Shown: positions 1 through 11,706 of the stretch, in pieces
Layout of the letters: each line of letters begins with the position of its first letter
Position numbering within the stretch: the first letter of the stretch is position 1
Assembly (NCBI GenBank): GCA_009602735.1
Contig: WELA01000984.1
Location: 139,840 to 159,839, forward strand
Source of the DNA: Mesotaenium endlicherianum
Taxonomy: Eukaryota
Length of the DNA stretch: 20,000 bases
Reading direction: 5' to 3'
Translations under genes and position numbers: made by a program
Notes under the pieces: generated by a model
What the model saw: only the letters and a program-made list of their open reading frames with translations
Databases searched by the model: none
Told to the model about the DNA's origin: nothing

Positions 1-830
1 AACACCTTGCGGCGTACCATGACCTTTAGCAGTTCATCAGGGTTGTCCAGGTTTTTCACTTGCTCAATCTCCTGCTTGATGCTGCTGGGCACAACTGGAC
101 TTCTGCCAAACAGCATTTGATAAGGCAAGTAATTCGCCAAAGCAGCTTGCTTGCTAAATCTGTAACCCATAACCAGCCATGGCAGGACCAGATCCCAATC
201 ACGCTTATCATGCTCAAGGCAAAATTTGCGCAAAGCAGACTTAATGGTTTGCACCATCCAATCTGCTAAGACATCTGCTTGTGGGTGATCTCTCAACGTA
301 GTGCGATGGTCAATGAAGCATCTATCCAAGAATTTCTGAAAAGATCCTTGGAACTCAGACCCTTGGTTTGTCAGCAGGTCTGCTAGAGCTCCATGACGTA
401 CAATCACACCGTTGAGGAGCGATTCCGCGGTCCCCAAGCTTTCCTTAGCAGTTAGAGGTACAACCTCTATCCACTTAGAGAAATGCTCAATCATGACCAT
501 AATGTACTTGTTACCTCGCCTGGACTGCGGTAGCTCACCTGCGAGATCGCAGCTTAAATCGGTAGCCTAGGCCCATGATTGGCAAAGGTTGCAGGTGTGG
601 GTGTTGCTGCGTATAACCAGCCTTGACGCGATCGCAGCTTTTGCAGGCCTTGATCACATCCTCACACTGCTGCTTCATGCCCCTCCACCAGTAAGACAGC
701 TCCACAAGACTATATGTCTTCTTGACACCATACTGTCCGGTATTCTCATGCATTTCTTGCACCCGAGCTCGCCTTTTGGTGGGTCTGGCACCAACTTCTC
801 CTGACCAATTTGTTCAATCTTGAAGAGGTT
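1..830 (-). pseudogene. Element A integrase (HHCC zinc finger plus DDE core), frameshifted, truncated by window edge
   Basis: ORF 535-762: MHENTGQYG...YWWRGM...CKSCD...LQPLP. After a frameshift near 555, my translation gives DLAGELPQSRRGNKYIMVMIEHFSKWIEVVP...LLTNQGSEF...HPQADVLADWMVQTIK, open to position 1 (absent from the ORF track because it has no stop). Second catalytic D reads N and the E reads D. Confidence 0.9.
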
Positions 831-1089
831 ATTGCGTTTCCAGCAAAACCTTCTAGCTCGATGGCTCACCTGGTCCTTTTCTTTCATCGATAATCCTTCC
901 ATGTGGACTCCCGTCTTCAGCCAATGCATAGTGGCTTGATGTTTCCAGATCTCTGGAGTGAACAGGGGTAGAGGCTCAGCTTCTCCTGACGCTACCATTC
1001 TAGCCATTTCGGCCAGGCAGGCTGCCAATTCTGCTGGACTGCTTGGATCTTCATCTTCTTGAGCTCCCGTTTTGTTGTCTGCGGATGGG

Positions 1090-1718
1090 TCCGGGTTCTT
1101 GCTGAGTCCATCGGCGTTCTTGAGTATACCTGCTCGATGTATCACTGTCATCTGGTGCTCCTGGAGCTTAAGAGCCCAGCAAGCCAATTTACCAGTGAGG
1201 TCTCTATTCTTCATCAGCCAGAGCAACGGCGAGTGATCTGTGATCAGCGTGAAGGGTCTTCCTCATAGATACTCTCTGAAATGTGCGACAGTTCAAACCA
1301 CTGCCAGCAGCTCTCCTTCGTAGGACGAGTAGTTGCTCTCCGCTCGGTTGTTAGAGCGCGAGGCATAGGCAATGACGTACTCCTCTCTAAGACTTGCGGC
1401 CTGAGTGAGTACTGCACCGATTTTCACACGACTCCAGTCAGTGTGTAGACTGAACAGCTTGGAGTAGTTGGGCGTTCGCAAAACTGGGGCCGTTACCAGC
1501 CGCTTCTTGAGCTCGTTCATGGCCTTCTCCTGGGCTTCCGTCCATACAGAAGGTACGTTCTTTTTCAGGAGTTCTGTCAAGGGTTTAGCAATTTTGCTAT
1601 AGTCCTTCACAAATTTACGATAGTATCCGCTTAGCCCTAACAAGGCTTTCAGCTTAGACACATTCGCCGGTGTAGGTATCTTGTAAATGGCTTCAGTCTT
1701 TACAGCCTGAGGGGACAT
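1090..1718 (-). pseudogene. Element A RT connection plus RNase H
   Basis: LKALLGLSGYYRKFV, LHTDWSRVKIGAVLTQ, YASRSNN..ESNYSSYEGELLAVV, ITDHSPL, NADGLS; in-frame TGA stops at 1293-1295 and 1263-1265. Confidence 0.92.
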
Positions 1719-1739
1719 AGCATTGTTTCCAATCTCATG

Positions 1740-2470
1740 TCATGTGCCTCAAAGAATCTGCACTTTCCAGGGTGCAGCGTCATCTGGAATTTCTCCAGGC
1801 GCTGGAACACTTGTTCCAAGTACTTGAGGTGTTCCTCTATAGACTTGCTGAACACCACTATGTCATCAATGTATGGTTTTGCAAAATCCAGCCCCTCCAG
1901 CACTTTGTCCATAGTCCTCTAAAAGATGGCTGGGGCATTTTTCAGCCCAAACGGCATTATCGTCCATTGCCAAAGTTCCCTTTGAGCCCAGAAACCGGTC
2001 TTACCTCGATCTTTTGTTTTCACAGGGATTTAGTTGAAGCCTTGGCGTAGATCAATGATGCTGAACACCTTCCCGGTGGTAGCAATTGCAAAGATCCGTT
2101 TTGGTGTAGGCATCACATAGCTGTCTGGCTCCGTGTGAAGATTCAGTCGTCTGTAGTCTCCACACATACGAGTGGCTGTATAATTGCCAGCCTCGTCCTT
2201 CTTGGCAACTACTACTGTGGGAGCTCCATGTACTGAGGTTGATTTCTCAATCATGCCAAGCTTGTGCAGCTCCTGGCAAGTTTTATCCACACAGTCCCAT
2301 TCGGTCTGACTGAGCTTATGCGGCCCAAGTCTGACTGGGTTATCAGTAGTTAGTGTGATCTCACACACACTGGCAGTGGTTCTACCAATCTCCTCCTTGG
2401 TAAAAGCAAACGCCTTGCGGTGCTTTTTCAGCAGCCTTTCTACTTGTGCTCTCTGTTGGGCTGAGACCAT
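1740..2470 (-). pseudogene. Element A reverse transcriptase (Ty3/Gypsy type)
   Basis: RMCGDYRRLN, FSIIDLRQGFN*, MPFGLKNAPAIF*, PYIDDIVVFS, HPGKCRF; stops at 2030-2032 and 1919-1921, frameshift near 1740. Confidence 0.95.
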
Positions 2471-2479
2471 TTTTCCAAT

Positions 2480-4700
2480 GGTGCAAACCTCAGTTTCCAG
2501 CTGCTTTTCCCCAACACAGGCATCCAGTAGTTGCTACTTTTTGGGTTCAGGTGGGGTCTTTTTGTCCTCATCCTGGCCTTCGAGCTTTTTTGCCTGATTG
2601 TTAGGAGGTGGAGTGGCAGGCTTCGTAGCTTGCTCCTCCGCTGATTTTAGGCTCGACGGCCTGCTTCCTAGGCTTTTTACCTTTTTCGATGGATCGTCGC
2701 CTCTCGTGTTGAGTGGGGTATGTCAGACGCCTCCGGATGGGCTGCCTCAAGAACCTTTCTTCATCTGCTGCAGTCCAGCTGGTCCCTGTTCCTCCCTCTT
2801 CATGTGGCGGGGGCGGGTTTGGCAAAGGCCACCCTGCTGGATCTGCTATAAGGTCAATTGTCCAACCCCACTTGTGCTCAATAGTAGTAATGCGCGCAAC
2901 GGTCGTGCCAAATTCCTCCCTGGCTGGTGGCGTAATCGTCCATGCTTGTGTCAAAGACTGGGGTCTTTGAGCCGCAGCTAGTTGTGCGTATATAGCATTT
3001 TCTGCTGTCAAGCGGCTTATGGTGCTTCTCAGCTCTACCAATTCCCTTTCAGAAACTGCAGATGTCCTAGGAGCTGAACTGTCCTTCTCCCACGTTCTAG
3101 TGGATGAAGGACGCACCATGGGAATGTGAATTCCCAGTGCCATGGCTTTGCGAATCAAGTCATCCTCTCCTTCTCTCTGCAAAATCTCCAGGATAGGTTG
3201 TGGAGGCGGAGCCATGGTTCCTTTCGGAACCCCTTCTCTCTGAGCTGTTCCCCTATACTTGAGATAACGCATCAGCATCCGCCTGAAAGGTGCATTCCCT
3301 CCCGGGCCACCTTTCTTGGTCTGCTTGCGCGACCGCGAGGATTACCTTGTGTTGGTTCCACCTTAGCGATACAGGCAGCCACTTCCTGCGGCTGTTGTAG
3401 CTGATGGGGGGTAGCTTTTGGTGCTGGAAAACTGGCGGTTGGGGTGCTGGATGTAGGCGACCTCAGATCATTGTATAGATCTGATGGGCTGGGCCCCTCC
3501 ATTATCAAGCGGTCGGCCACCCAGTCATCCGTCCTGAGCTCTTGTCGCTCCAACAGATCCAGCTCTGGGGTAGGAAAACGTGGAATTTCTTCTTGAATCT
3601 CCTCTTCATTGGTGACTGATAGGAGGTCGAACCCTGGAAGGTCTGGCATTTCTGCCTAATCTTCAACTGACTTCTCCACTCCAGGTGGTGGTGGCTCTTC
3701 ATCATTATCTGTGTTGAGCTTCGCCAAGTTGACAATGGCTGATTGCAACGTGCTTGCTGCCTTAGCCACTTCCTTTTTCTTGTGCTGTCGAGCGTCTGCT
3801 TCCAGCAGCTGCTCCATGATCTGCCTTGTAATGGATTCAGCTGTCTGACGGGCTGAACCCTGCTGTTGCCCCTTAGCCTGCGGCTCTGGGCTCATCAAGG
3901 CAGGTGTTGTAGACAATTTCTTGTCCAACTCCTCCTGGCGTTCTTCGAATATCACTTCAAGGCATATGGTCTTGGCAGACCCTCCAGAATCTCCTGAATT
4001 TTGGCTACTCTCTTCAGCCCATTCACCAATATTGCACTGGCGTTCTCGCCCTAATACTTGATTTAGATAATATCCAATTTCTTCAGGCGTTGGCTTAGGG
4101 GCCTTCTTCTCAGACTCTTCTGACATGTCTTGTAACGGCGCTTGCTCTGGTGAAGACGATAGATACTTTTGGTTAGCTTCCCAGCTACTTGAGCTTTCCT
4201 GCCAGTAGTCTCCGTGCCCAGCTGCTCTTGGGCTGAGGTGGGTATCATACCGTGATCTGGTATCTTCTGGAGTCTCCTCACGCCTTGATGTTGTGGCTTC
4301 GGAAGGTGGGCTCCCAAATATCTAGCTGTGAGTGGCGTTTCTCATAGGTGATGGGGTGTCCTGCGTATCGTCTTTTGTGCTTGGCAGCGGCGTTGCCTGC
4401 TCAGGCGCCTGGTCCCCCATGGGTGTATCCTCTCTTTCCAGAGATGCTTGTAATTCATCGGTCCGGTTATCGATCCGATCCAACAGATCCTGGCATCTCA
4501 TCAATTCAGCCACCCTAGCTACCCTGAATGCTCTGTCTCTGGCAGCTTCCGCTGCGTCTCTTTGCAAATCGTATTCTTCTTGTTGCTGATGTGCCGTCCT
4601 GATAGCCCTTTGATTAGATGTTGGCACCACATGGACCCCAATTGTTACTGGTCTTGGCCTCGGCATAGGCTTGTCAGTGAAGGTCAACTGCTGCCACGTC
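2480..4700 (-). pseudogene. Element A long DNMT-RT spacer (~2.2 kb), low-complexity/coiled-coil-like coding sequence of unknown function
   Basis: Chain of same-strand ORFs (4322-4828, 4063-4317, 3656-4126, 3272-3649, 2601-3278) rich in E/Q/P/R, no recognisable domain. Confidence 0.55.
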
Positions 4701-5656
4701 ATGATTGTTTCCACTAACCAAGTCATAAAGTGCTGCCCAGACATGTTGCTGAAAATCTTTGACCCTACAGCACCGGCTATATGCCGAGCTATGGTGTCAA
4801 GTATTCCAAGGTATTTGCCCTTCTCCACCGCAGTAGGCTCTTTCTAAACGGCGTCTCTTTCATGTATGTCTTTGACCATTCTTGGTCCACCTTCTATGAA
4901 GGCTCGAGATCTTGGATATGCTATGAAGGTTGGCAGTACCAACCTTGGCTGACCTAGTTCGTTGATGACACACTGTGGATAGGAATCCCTCCTAGTCACT
5001 AGTCTGGTATGCACCACCAGCGCCTCTTCCACTGTCAATGCCGTTGGTGATCGCCGTGTAATTTCCTCCATCTCTCTCAGGACCTCAATAGACATGCCGT
5101 TGGTCCAAAATATTCTGGCCCTATGGGATAAGCCTCCGTGCTTGGCGTCGTTGATTAGCACATGATGGCCCAAAGTGGAGTCAAAAATCAGCCATGGTTC
5201 TCCCGGCTTCATCTGCTTGTAATCCATTCCTGGATGCACATTCTCAATCACAAACACTGGTGGGTAGTAGTGCTGTCGTTCCCGCAGCATGCTGATGGTT
5301 TTTACCATCCATCCCCAGTATTGTGCTCGTAGATCACTGAATCCCCTCCTGTTTCCAGCTTGAGAAACCGGTTGACAAGGAAATCCAGCAAAGATCCAGT
5401 CAATCCTGTAGCCATACAGGCCTTCAGGCTTCACATCAATAATGTTGCCTCCGGCGATGCGCTCGACATTGCTATATGCGGGCACCAACCCTTTAAAATG
5501 ATGCATTTGTCGCATCTGACTCATGACTTCTCTGAATGCTAGAAAAGCGTGGGCATCATTGTCCACATACAGGACTCTGGCCACCTGTATTCCTTGCTGG
5601 ATCAATGCTATGGTCCCAGACCCAAGTTCGGCAAATAATTCCAATACCACTACTCC
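4700..5656 (-). pseudogene. Element A C5 cytosine DNA methyltransferase domain (DNMT3/Dcm-like)
   Basis: Motif I VLELFAELGSG (FxGxG with G>E), II YVDND, III GNIIDV, IV IFAGFPCQPVSQAG (PCQ at 5372-5380), VI FVIENV, VIII SHRARIFWTN; divergent IX/X-like region continues in frame past the TAG at 4844-4846. Confidence 0.92.
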
Positions 5657-5994
5657 CCTTTTGCGAAAAGGATCTTCCATCCTGACAATGCCTTGCGGCA
5701 GCGGCTCAACTCCAGGCATCAGATTTGCAATGGAGGTAACTGGGTAGGGTACTGGCAGCAACTCTTGCGGGCCGCGGTCCCTATTACTCAGAGTTTCCAG
5801 CTGCTTCATGATCCGAGGTTGCCATACCAAGGGTGTTGGCATGTTGATGCTCGTATAGCCTTCCTCTTCTTGCTTCATGATGTTGTCGCAGGCTTCTGGG
5901 TACCTGTCATTAACACAGCAGTCTAGCAGTCCGTAGTTTGCTTCTCCTGTGCAAACCATCTTCACATGAATTTCTCCTTCCGGCTGCCGATCTG

Positions 5995-6340
5995 TTGACC
6001 GGTAAGTCATCCTCTGATTCCGCAGATCAATGACCAAACCCAAGGGAATCAGTGCTTCTGTTCCAAAGAGAACATCATAGTTCTCTGCCTCCGTCACTGT
6101 GCACTCCATAAGTAGTGATGCCTCTTCAGGTTCCCCTGGATTTACTGTGTCTTTCACAGGCTTGCGGGTAATCCCACAAGACTTTGAGACTTGTCCTGAG
6201 GCAATTCTCAATTGGAAAGGACTCTCTTTTAGGTCCCTTGCCGTCAATCCTAGAGCTTTCACAGCTCGCTTTCCCAGGATGACTGGCTGTGCGCCTGTAT
6301 TCAACAGAATGTTGGGAGCTGCCCAGTTGTTGAAGATTAA
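5995..6340 (-). pseudogene. Element A retropepsin-like aspartic protease
   Basis: ILLNTGAQPVILG (DTG>NTG at 6293-6301) and YDVLFGTEAL; aligns with the element C protease MFDTGAQPVLIS...FDVLLGQDVL; same open frame as the DNMT (ORF 4844-6490). Confidence 0.88.
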
Positions 6341-6470
6341 TGCACCCTCCCTATTCTGCACTCTCACGGTGCTGAAATTGGTGAGCAATGAGGCGCTATT
6401 TGCACCTTCCTCAGCTATATCCAGCTGCTGTCTGGCTTCTTCAACCGTGAATGGGTAAGTGATATGCAAA

Positions 6471-7781
6471 TCAGCGAGGTAAAGGAGCATGCTGGATCCG
6501 GTGTTCCACCAGGGCCTTCAGCTTCTCCAGCGAAAAACGAAATGTCTTACGCGTCCCGGGCCTGGCTTGTCGTAGCTGCGAGATCTCATTTTCATCTAGA
6601 GTGATCCGGAAAGTCTGAGGAAGCTTCCCAGCATTCCTTGGCACCAGACGATTGTGATCTGCTTGCTCGGCAGCCGTTGCGTCCACAGCCATTTCAGGCA
6701 TCAGCTTCTCGCCTTTGCAGACGGTCTTTTCTGCAAGATCTGCATCATAGTAGACATTGGGTGCGTTTAGTTTCGCAAATTGAGCTTTCAACTCAGCGAT
6801 TTCTGCACTCATAGCTTCATACTGCTGGTTACCCTTGGGGTTACCAGAGCCACCCTTTTCTTTCTTTTCTTTCTTGTCTGCCTCTTTCATGGCAACATTT
6901 GCCCATGGCGGTTTTAAATTTGGGTTCTTAGACCAGCACTCATCTTCTGAATGTCCCTTCTTGCTGCAATGTGCACATATCTGCGCCTTGCTAGCAGATA
7001 GTTACTTAGCATCTAGGTACGGACAATCCCTCTTTTGATGTCTTGATTTCTCGCAATTCCAACAGCTCTTTGCTGTTTCAGCAATGTTGGCATGCTTAGC
7101 AAACTTATTGAAAGACCCGCTCTTTTTCTTAAACTGAAAATTAGAGCTGTTGGCCTTAGGCGGAGAGGATTCCTCCCTCCTCTCAGGAGCCATAAGCGTC
7201 CTGGAAGCCTCTTTGTACCACACTTTACCTTCTTCGACATTGCGTGCTATTTCAGCCGCCTCGTCGATGTTCCAGTTAATCCCGTGCTTTGCGGACAGAT
7301 GTGGCTTGACTTCACGATCTGTTTCCTTGCCCAAGCACAACAGAAACTTGTCAGCCACTATTTTGGGCTCGTATATGTTTGCCTTTTTGGCGAGGTCTAC
7401 CAATCTAGATTTAACCTCCAGGACTGTCTCGTTCTTCTGACGAACAAAATGCACATAACGGTGCACCTTAAGACTGCGATCCTATGGGAATCGTGCTTCA
7501 AGTAACTTAAAGAAACGGCACAGACAATGCTCGGAGTCTAGCTGGTCATCCCCACCCTCCATATCCTTACGACAGCTAGCCAAGGCTTGCGCATGGCTTG
7601 CCTCTGTCGTAGCGCTATCGCCTTGCTGACCATGAAGAGGTGCAGTTCTGCGTGTTACTTGTTCCTGAGCATTAGCAATCTTTACAGACAGTTCTGCACA
7701 CACCTTTCGCAACTCTGCGACAGAGCTGGCATCATCGTTCTGAGTAGCAGCCCTTTGCTAACCCTCAGTGAGTTGCCTCAT
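6471..7781 (-). pseudogene. Element A gag (retrotransposon gag core plus two CCHC zinc knuckles), 5'-truncated
   Basis: ORFs 7482-7712, 7002-7466 and 6471-6890 share one frame separated by stops; knuckles CWNCEKSRHQKRDC and CAHCSKKGHSEDEC at 6936-7064; HFVRQKNETVLEVKSRL aligns with element C HFFRRKNETIRMLYRRL. Confidence 0.88.
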
Positions 7782-8521
7782 TGAAAGGGGCAGAGTGCCC
7801 TAGTGGAAGCGTAGTGATTCACGAGGAAAAGAACTAGTTGCAATCATACTAAAGAGTGCAGCGGCATATCAATAAGAAAACTTGAGAAAATTACTTGACA
7901 TTTTGATTAGCAAGAAACCGCTCACAAATGATGTAGGATGGAAGGCCTTGTCATTACAAACCCGTAGAAATTTACAGAAGTGAAAACTGATAAGAAACAA
8001 AGAAGTTATGCCTATTTAAAATTTTCTGCCTAAGTGCTCCTCCCTAGGAGGAAGCTACGGATTTTCCTAAGTGTTCGCCAAATCGTCCCTTCTAGAATAT
8101 TTGTGAGTAAGCCAGATCAGTCTAATCTGACGTTTCGGGCCGAATTGACGTCCACATACATGCATCGACATTACTAGAATATTCTATCTCAGACGCGCTA
8201 GGCTAAATTGAAACTTCTAGGTAAATCGACCTAGTCGACACTCAGCGTCAGCCGAACGCGAAGGTTCGAGTTTATTCTAACGGGCCAGATCGCTCAACGC
8301 TGTCGGTCAATCCGACGGTCGCGCTCACCGCGAATTAAGGACAGTCGTCAACCAACCTCAAAACCAATTAAACTTCAGAAATCCGTAACTCTCTCAATAC
8401 TTGACCAAATTCGATGAACTTTATATCAAAATGACCACAAAACTGCACTCTACACTAATATATAATCAAAACATACTTTTATGAAACTCAAAAATGCACT
8501 TTATAAACCTATGACCTTACA
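7782..8521 (-). repeat. Putative 3' LTR of element B (~740 bp)
   Basis: Starts TGTAAGG 3 nt after the PPT and ends CCTTTCA (6/7 terminal inverted repeat); non-coding, AT-rich, contains a TATA-like box. Distal boundary uncertain; partner LTR not in the window. Confidence 0.65.
8011..8020 (-). promoter_or_regulatory. TATA-like box in element B LTR
   Basis: TTTAAATAGG on the minus strand followed by a pyrimidine-rich tract, typical of a plant LTR U3/R junction. Confidence 0.45.
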
Positions 8522-8524
8522 TCA

Positions 8525-8535
8525 TCCCCCTCCTC
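8525..8535 (-). other. Polypurine tract (PPT) of element B
   Basis: Minus strand GAGGAGGGGGA-tga-TGTAAGG immediately after the chromodomain. Confidence 0.85.
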
Positions 8536-8559
8536 AAGATGCGACGTCCTCGACGCATT

Positions 8560-8721
8560 CTGCAGATAACGTCTCAACTTACTCTTACAATGAGTCAAGT
8601 TGGCCTCTGGCTCCCAAGTGTTGTCGTCCGCATGGTAGCCTTTCCACTTGACCAGATACTCTTGGACAAATCGTTGACCTCGCTTGACTCGTCGATCGCC
8701 GACAATCGCCTCCACTTCATA
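8560..8721 (-). other. Chromodomain at the integrase C-terminus with intact aromatic cage (group I type)
   Basis: YEVEAIVGDR...EYLVKWKGYHADDNTWEPEANL. Confidence 0.93.
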
Positions 8722-10862
8722 CTCCAATACATCATCGATCTCGACCGGTGGTGGCGGTGTAGGTAGTCGTCCTGGATGTCCTTCATTCGGGTCAACGTAT
8801 GGCCGTAGACAACTGACATGGAACACATCATGGATACGCCAGCCTGAAGGAAGTTCCAACTTGTAGGCCACTGGATTCACCTGCTTGAGCACTACAAAGG
8901 GACCTGTAAACCGTGCCCGCAGTTTCCTCTTGCCTGTGAAAGGTAGGTTCTCTGTTGACAAGTGTACTTTGTCGCCCACATGGAATGTCACTTCCCTCCG
9001 ATGCTTGTTGGCATACTTGACCTGTTCCTCCTGTGCCTTCCGAATACACGTCTTTGCCATATNTGCCATATCCCATCTGCTCCATGAAAGCTTGTGTAGT
9101 AGGAACCTGAGTCTCCTTGGCCCTCTCCAACAAGATGTTCCCTGGATGATATACTTCTTGTCCATAAACCATAGCAAATGGTGACTGCTTGGTCGATCCC
9201 TGCATGCTGTTGTTGTAGGCAAACTCCAATCCTGGCAGCTTCTTGTCCCACTCTAAAGGGTCCTCCATAGTGAAACTCCTGAGCACCTCTTGCAGAGTTC
9301 TGTTGAGCCTCTCACTCTGCCCGTCTGTCTGGGGTGATAGGAAGTGCTCATACTCAACTTGGTCCCCATCAAAGTAAACAATGACCGCCAGAAGTTGCTA
9401 GTAAACCTTGGATCCCGATCTGAAACAATCACCTTCGGCAACCCATGTAGCCTGAAAATATGATCAAAGAATAGCCGTGCCACATCTGCTGCCGTAGAAG
9501 TCTCCTTCATGGGAATGAAGTGAGCCATCTTGCTGAGTCTGTCAGACACAACCCATACTGCATCGTGCCCTTGACCACTGACTGGTAACGATGTGATGAA
9601 GTCCATAGCAATCTGCTCCCAAGGATACTCTGGAATAGGCAGGGGCCGCAATGTACCTCCCTTCTTTTGATTTGGTGTCTTGTTTCTCTGGCACGCATCG
9701 CAACTCCTGATCCACTCCTCGATGTCCTTGTCCATACTTCTCCAGTAGTATTCCCGCTTCAGCACGCTTCCCGTCTTCTTGCTTCCAAAGTGTCCAGCAT
9801 ATAAGCAGTCATGATGCTCCGCAAGTAGTAAGTCTCGTAGCTCCTTGATGTCAGGTACCACCACTCTGTTGAAATCACCATAATACCATATGCCGTCCTT
9901 CTTCTGCATACTCGCGTTGAACTCAGCTGCTCCACCATCAGCAAACTCGGGGTCCTCCTCATAACCTCTTTGAAGCTTCTCCTTGAAGTCCATATTCTCC
10001 TTGATGATTGAGACAGCTGCAAGGTCACACCTCCTGGATAAAGCGTCTGCAGGGTTGATCTTCCCAGGTAAGTACTCAATCTTGTGGTCGAACTGTTGCA
10101 GAAACTCCATCCACCTTGCTTGTCTTGGTGTCAACGTCGGCTGCGTCATAAACTTCTCCAAGCTCTTGTGGTCGGTCTTGATGAACACCTTCCGTCCGTC
10201 CACATAACATCGCCAAATCCTCAAAGCCTGGATAATAGCCAACATCTCTCGCTCGTGTGCTGCATAGTTCTGCTCCGCAGGACTCAACTTCCTGCTCTCA
10301 TATGCCACAGGCTGCAACCCTTTGCCCTGGTCCTGGAGAAGAATGGCCCCCACTGCAAAGTTTGATGCGTATGTGATGATGGTGAAAGGAAGCTCTGGAC
10401 TGGCGGTTGCCAACACAGGTGCCTGTGTCAATAACTCCTTAATCCTCTCAAATGCTTGCTGCTCCTTGTCACCCCATAGCCACTTCTCCTGCTTCTTCAA
10501 CATGTCCGTGAGCGGTGCACACACCTTGGCAAATCCTTCAATGAAACGTCGATAATAATTGGCCGTGCCGAGGAAACTCCTGAGTTGATGAATATCAGCA
10601 AGTACCGGCCAATCTCCGACTGCTTGCACCTTCTTCTGCTCCACCTTGACTCCTTCAGCTCCCACTATGTGTCCAAGAAACTCGACTTCCTTGAGACAGA
10701 AGTCGCACTTGCTCATCTTCCCATATAACTTTTGATCTCTCAAGACCTCCAACACCTTCCTCAGATGTTCCACATGCTCTTCCAAGGTCTTTGAATAGAT
10801 CAGGATGTTGTCCACAAATACCACCACAAACTGGTCCAAGTAGGGTCTGAAGATACTTGTCA

Positions 10863-11704
10863 TGATTTATTGAGTCGAGGTTGTCGTATAAAAACCAAGC
10901 TCCACATGTGCGGAACATCAACCTAGGAAGGCCGACTTTGCATTGACTTTACGCATTTGTATGTTGACCTTTTCTTGATTTCCAAGTCACCAACGTGTAG
11001 CGCGTCGAAGCATCTTCCGAATGGCACCAATTTTGCGTCATTTGGTCAAGTATCGAGCGAGATAGGTGCGATCTAGTCCGCGTCACCTACCGGTCCCTAG
11101 CGGATCCTCACCAAAGGGCAATTTGTGTTTCAATGTGCACATTCTTGCCTATTCGTGACCCCCTAAAACCCCTAGCTTGTGCGCACAAATCCGCGAGCCC
11201 CTTAGCCTACATAAGCTTTGCATTTCCATAGTATATGTGCATCATTGAGGCTATAACTTGGTGACTGCATCACCTACTCCTAGAGGAAGCTTCCTCAATT
11301 TCCAGATCCACTTTTGAGGCGCTATCTAGGTAGAATCACCCAAGGTAAGCTCGGCCAATGAGGGACACGTAGCATATCCTACGCACCTTGCTTTGATTGG
11401 TTTGAGTTATGCTTAGCCTATAGGAGTGCTAGTACATGCCTTGTACACATTAGTGGACATAGGAGAGCCTCCTAGAGTGACTACATGCATTGGATCCGCC
11501 GCATACCCCGCCGGATTTCCAGGAGTATAAGTACTAGAGATGTCCCTAGAAGAGACATCTTTTAGAAGTCCATTATGCCAGGTGTAAGTAACAGAGATTA
11601 TCAGTAAAGCTTACACTTTTATCTCTTGTGTTTTCAGGACCACTTAGTTACTCTCTTGTGAAAAGCAAGCCCTCCGGGCTTCCAGTCACTTGAAGAATTT
11701 CACA
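10863..11704 (+). repeat. Putative 5' LTR of element C
   Basis: Begins TG at the point where the element B RT homology breaks; non-coding; TATA-like TATAAGTA at 11526-11533; candidate end ...TTTCACA followed by AG-TGG; shares a spaced motif with the LTR of B. Confidence 0.55.
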
Positions 11705-11706
11705 AG

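Larger units (their letters stand above)
1..7781 (-). mobile_element. Element A: degenerate Ty3/Gypsy LTR retrotransposon encoding gag-PR-C5 DNA methyltransferase-spacer-RT-RNaseH-INT; 5' part cut by element B, 3' part runs off the window
   Basis: Collinear minus-strand ORF fragments with CCHC knuckles, protease (LLNTGA...DVLFG), DNMT motifs, RT (YIDD), RNase H (TDWS) and integrase in Gypsy order (RT-RH-INT); interrupted by several stops and frameshifts. Confidence 0.93.
7782..10862 (-). mobile_element. Element B: chromovirus-type Ty3/Gypsy retrotransposon, 3' portion (partial RT-RH-INT-chromodomain-PPT-3' LTR)
   Basis: pol domains, polypurine tract and TG-starting AT-rich LTR-like segment in the expected order; RT begins abruptly mid-domain at ~10863. 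Confidence 0.9.
8509..10863 (-). pseudogene. Element B pol: C-terminal RT, RNase H, integrase (HHCC, DDE, GPF), chromodomain
   Basis: IFRPYLDQFVVVFVDNILIYS (YxDD>FVDN), LRSFLGTANYYRRFI, ITYASNFAVG (TDAS>TYAS), KTDHKSL, HHDCLYAGHFG..CDACQ, IAMDF, VSDRD, FTGPFVV; frameshifts near 9330 and 9075. Confidence 0.95.

Noticed and set aside
7929..8524. Alternative element B LTR bounded by a TGATGTA/TACATCA inverted repeat
   Set aside because: Leaves ~150 bp of U5-like AT-rich sequence (7782-7928) unexplained; 7782 preferred, but the alternative is not excluded
9055..9071. 8-bp direct repeat TGCCATAT flanking a single N
   Set aside because: Most likely an assembly join artefact rather than a TSD or footprint
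11584..11637. Possible GTAAGT...TTTTCAG intron in the leader of element C
   Set aside because: Only ~54 nt and no transcript evidence; could arise by chance in an AT-rich LTR
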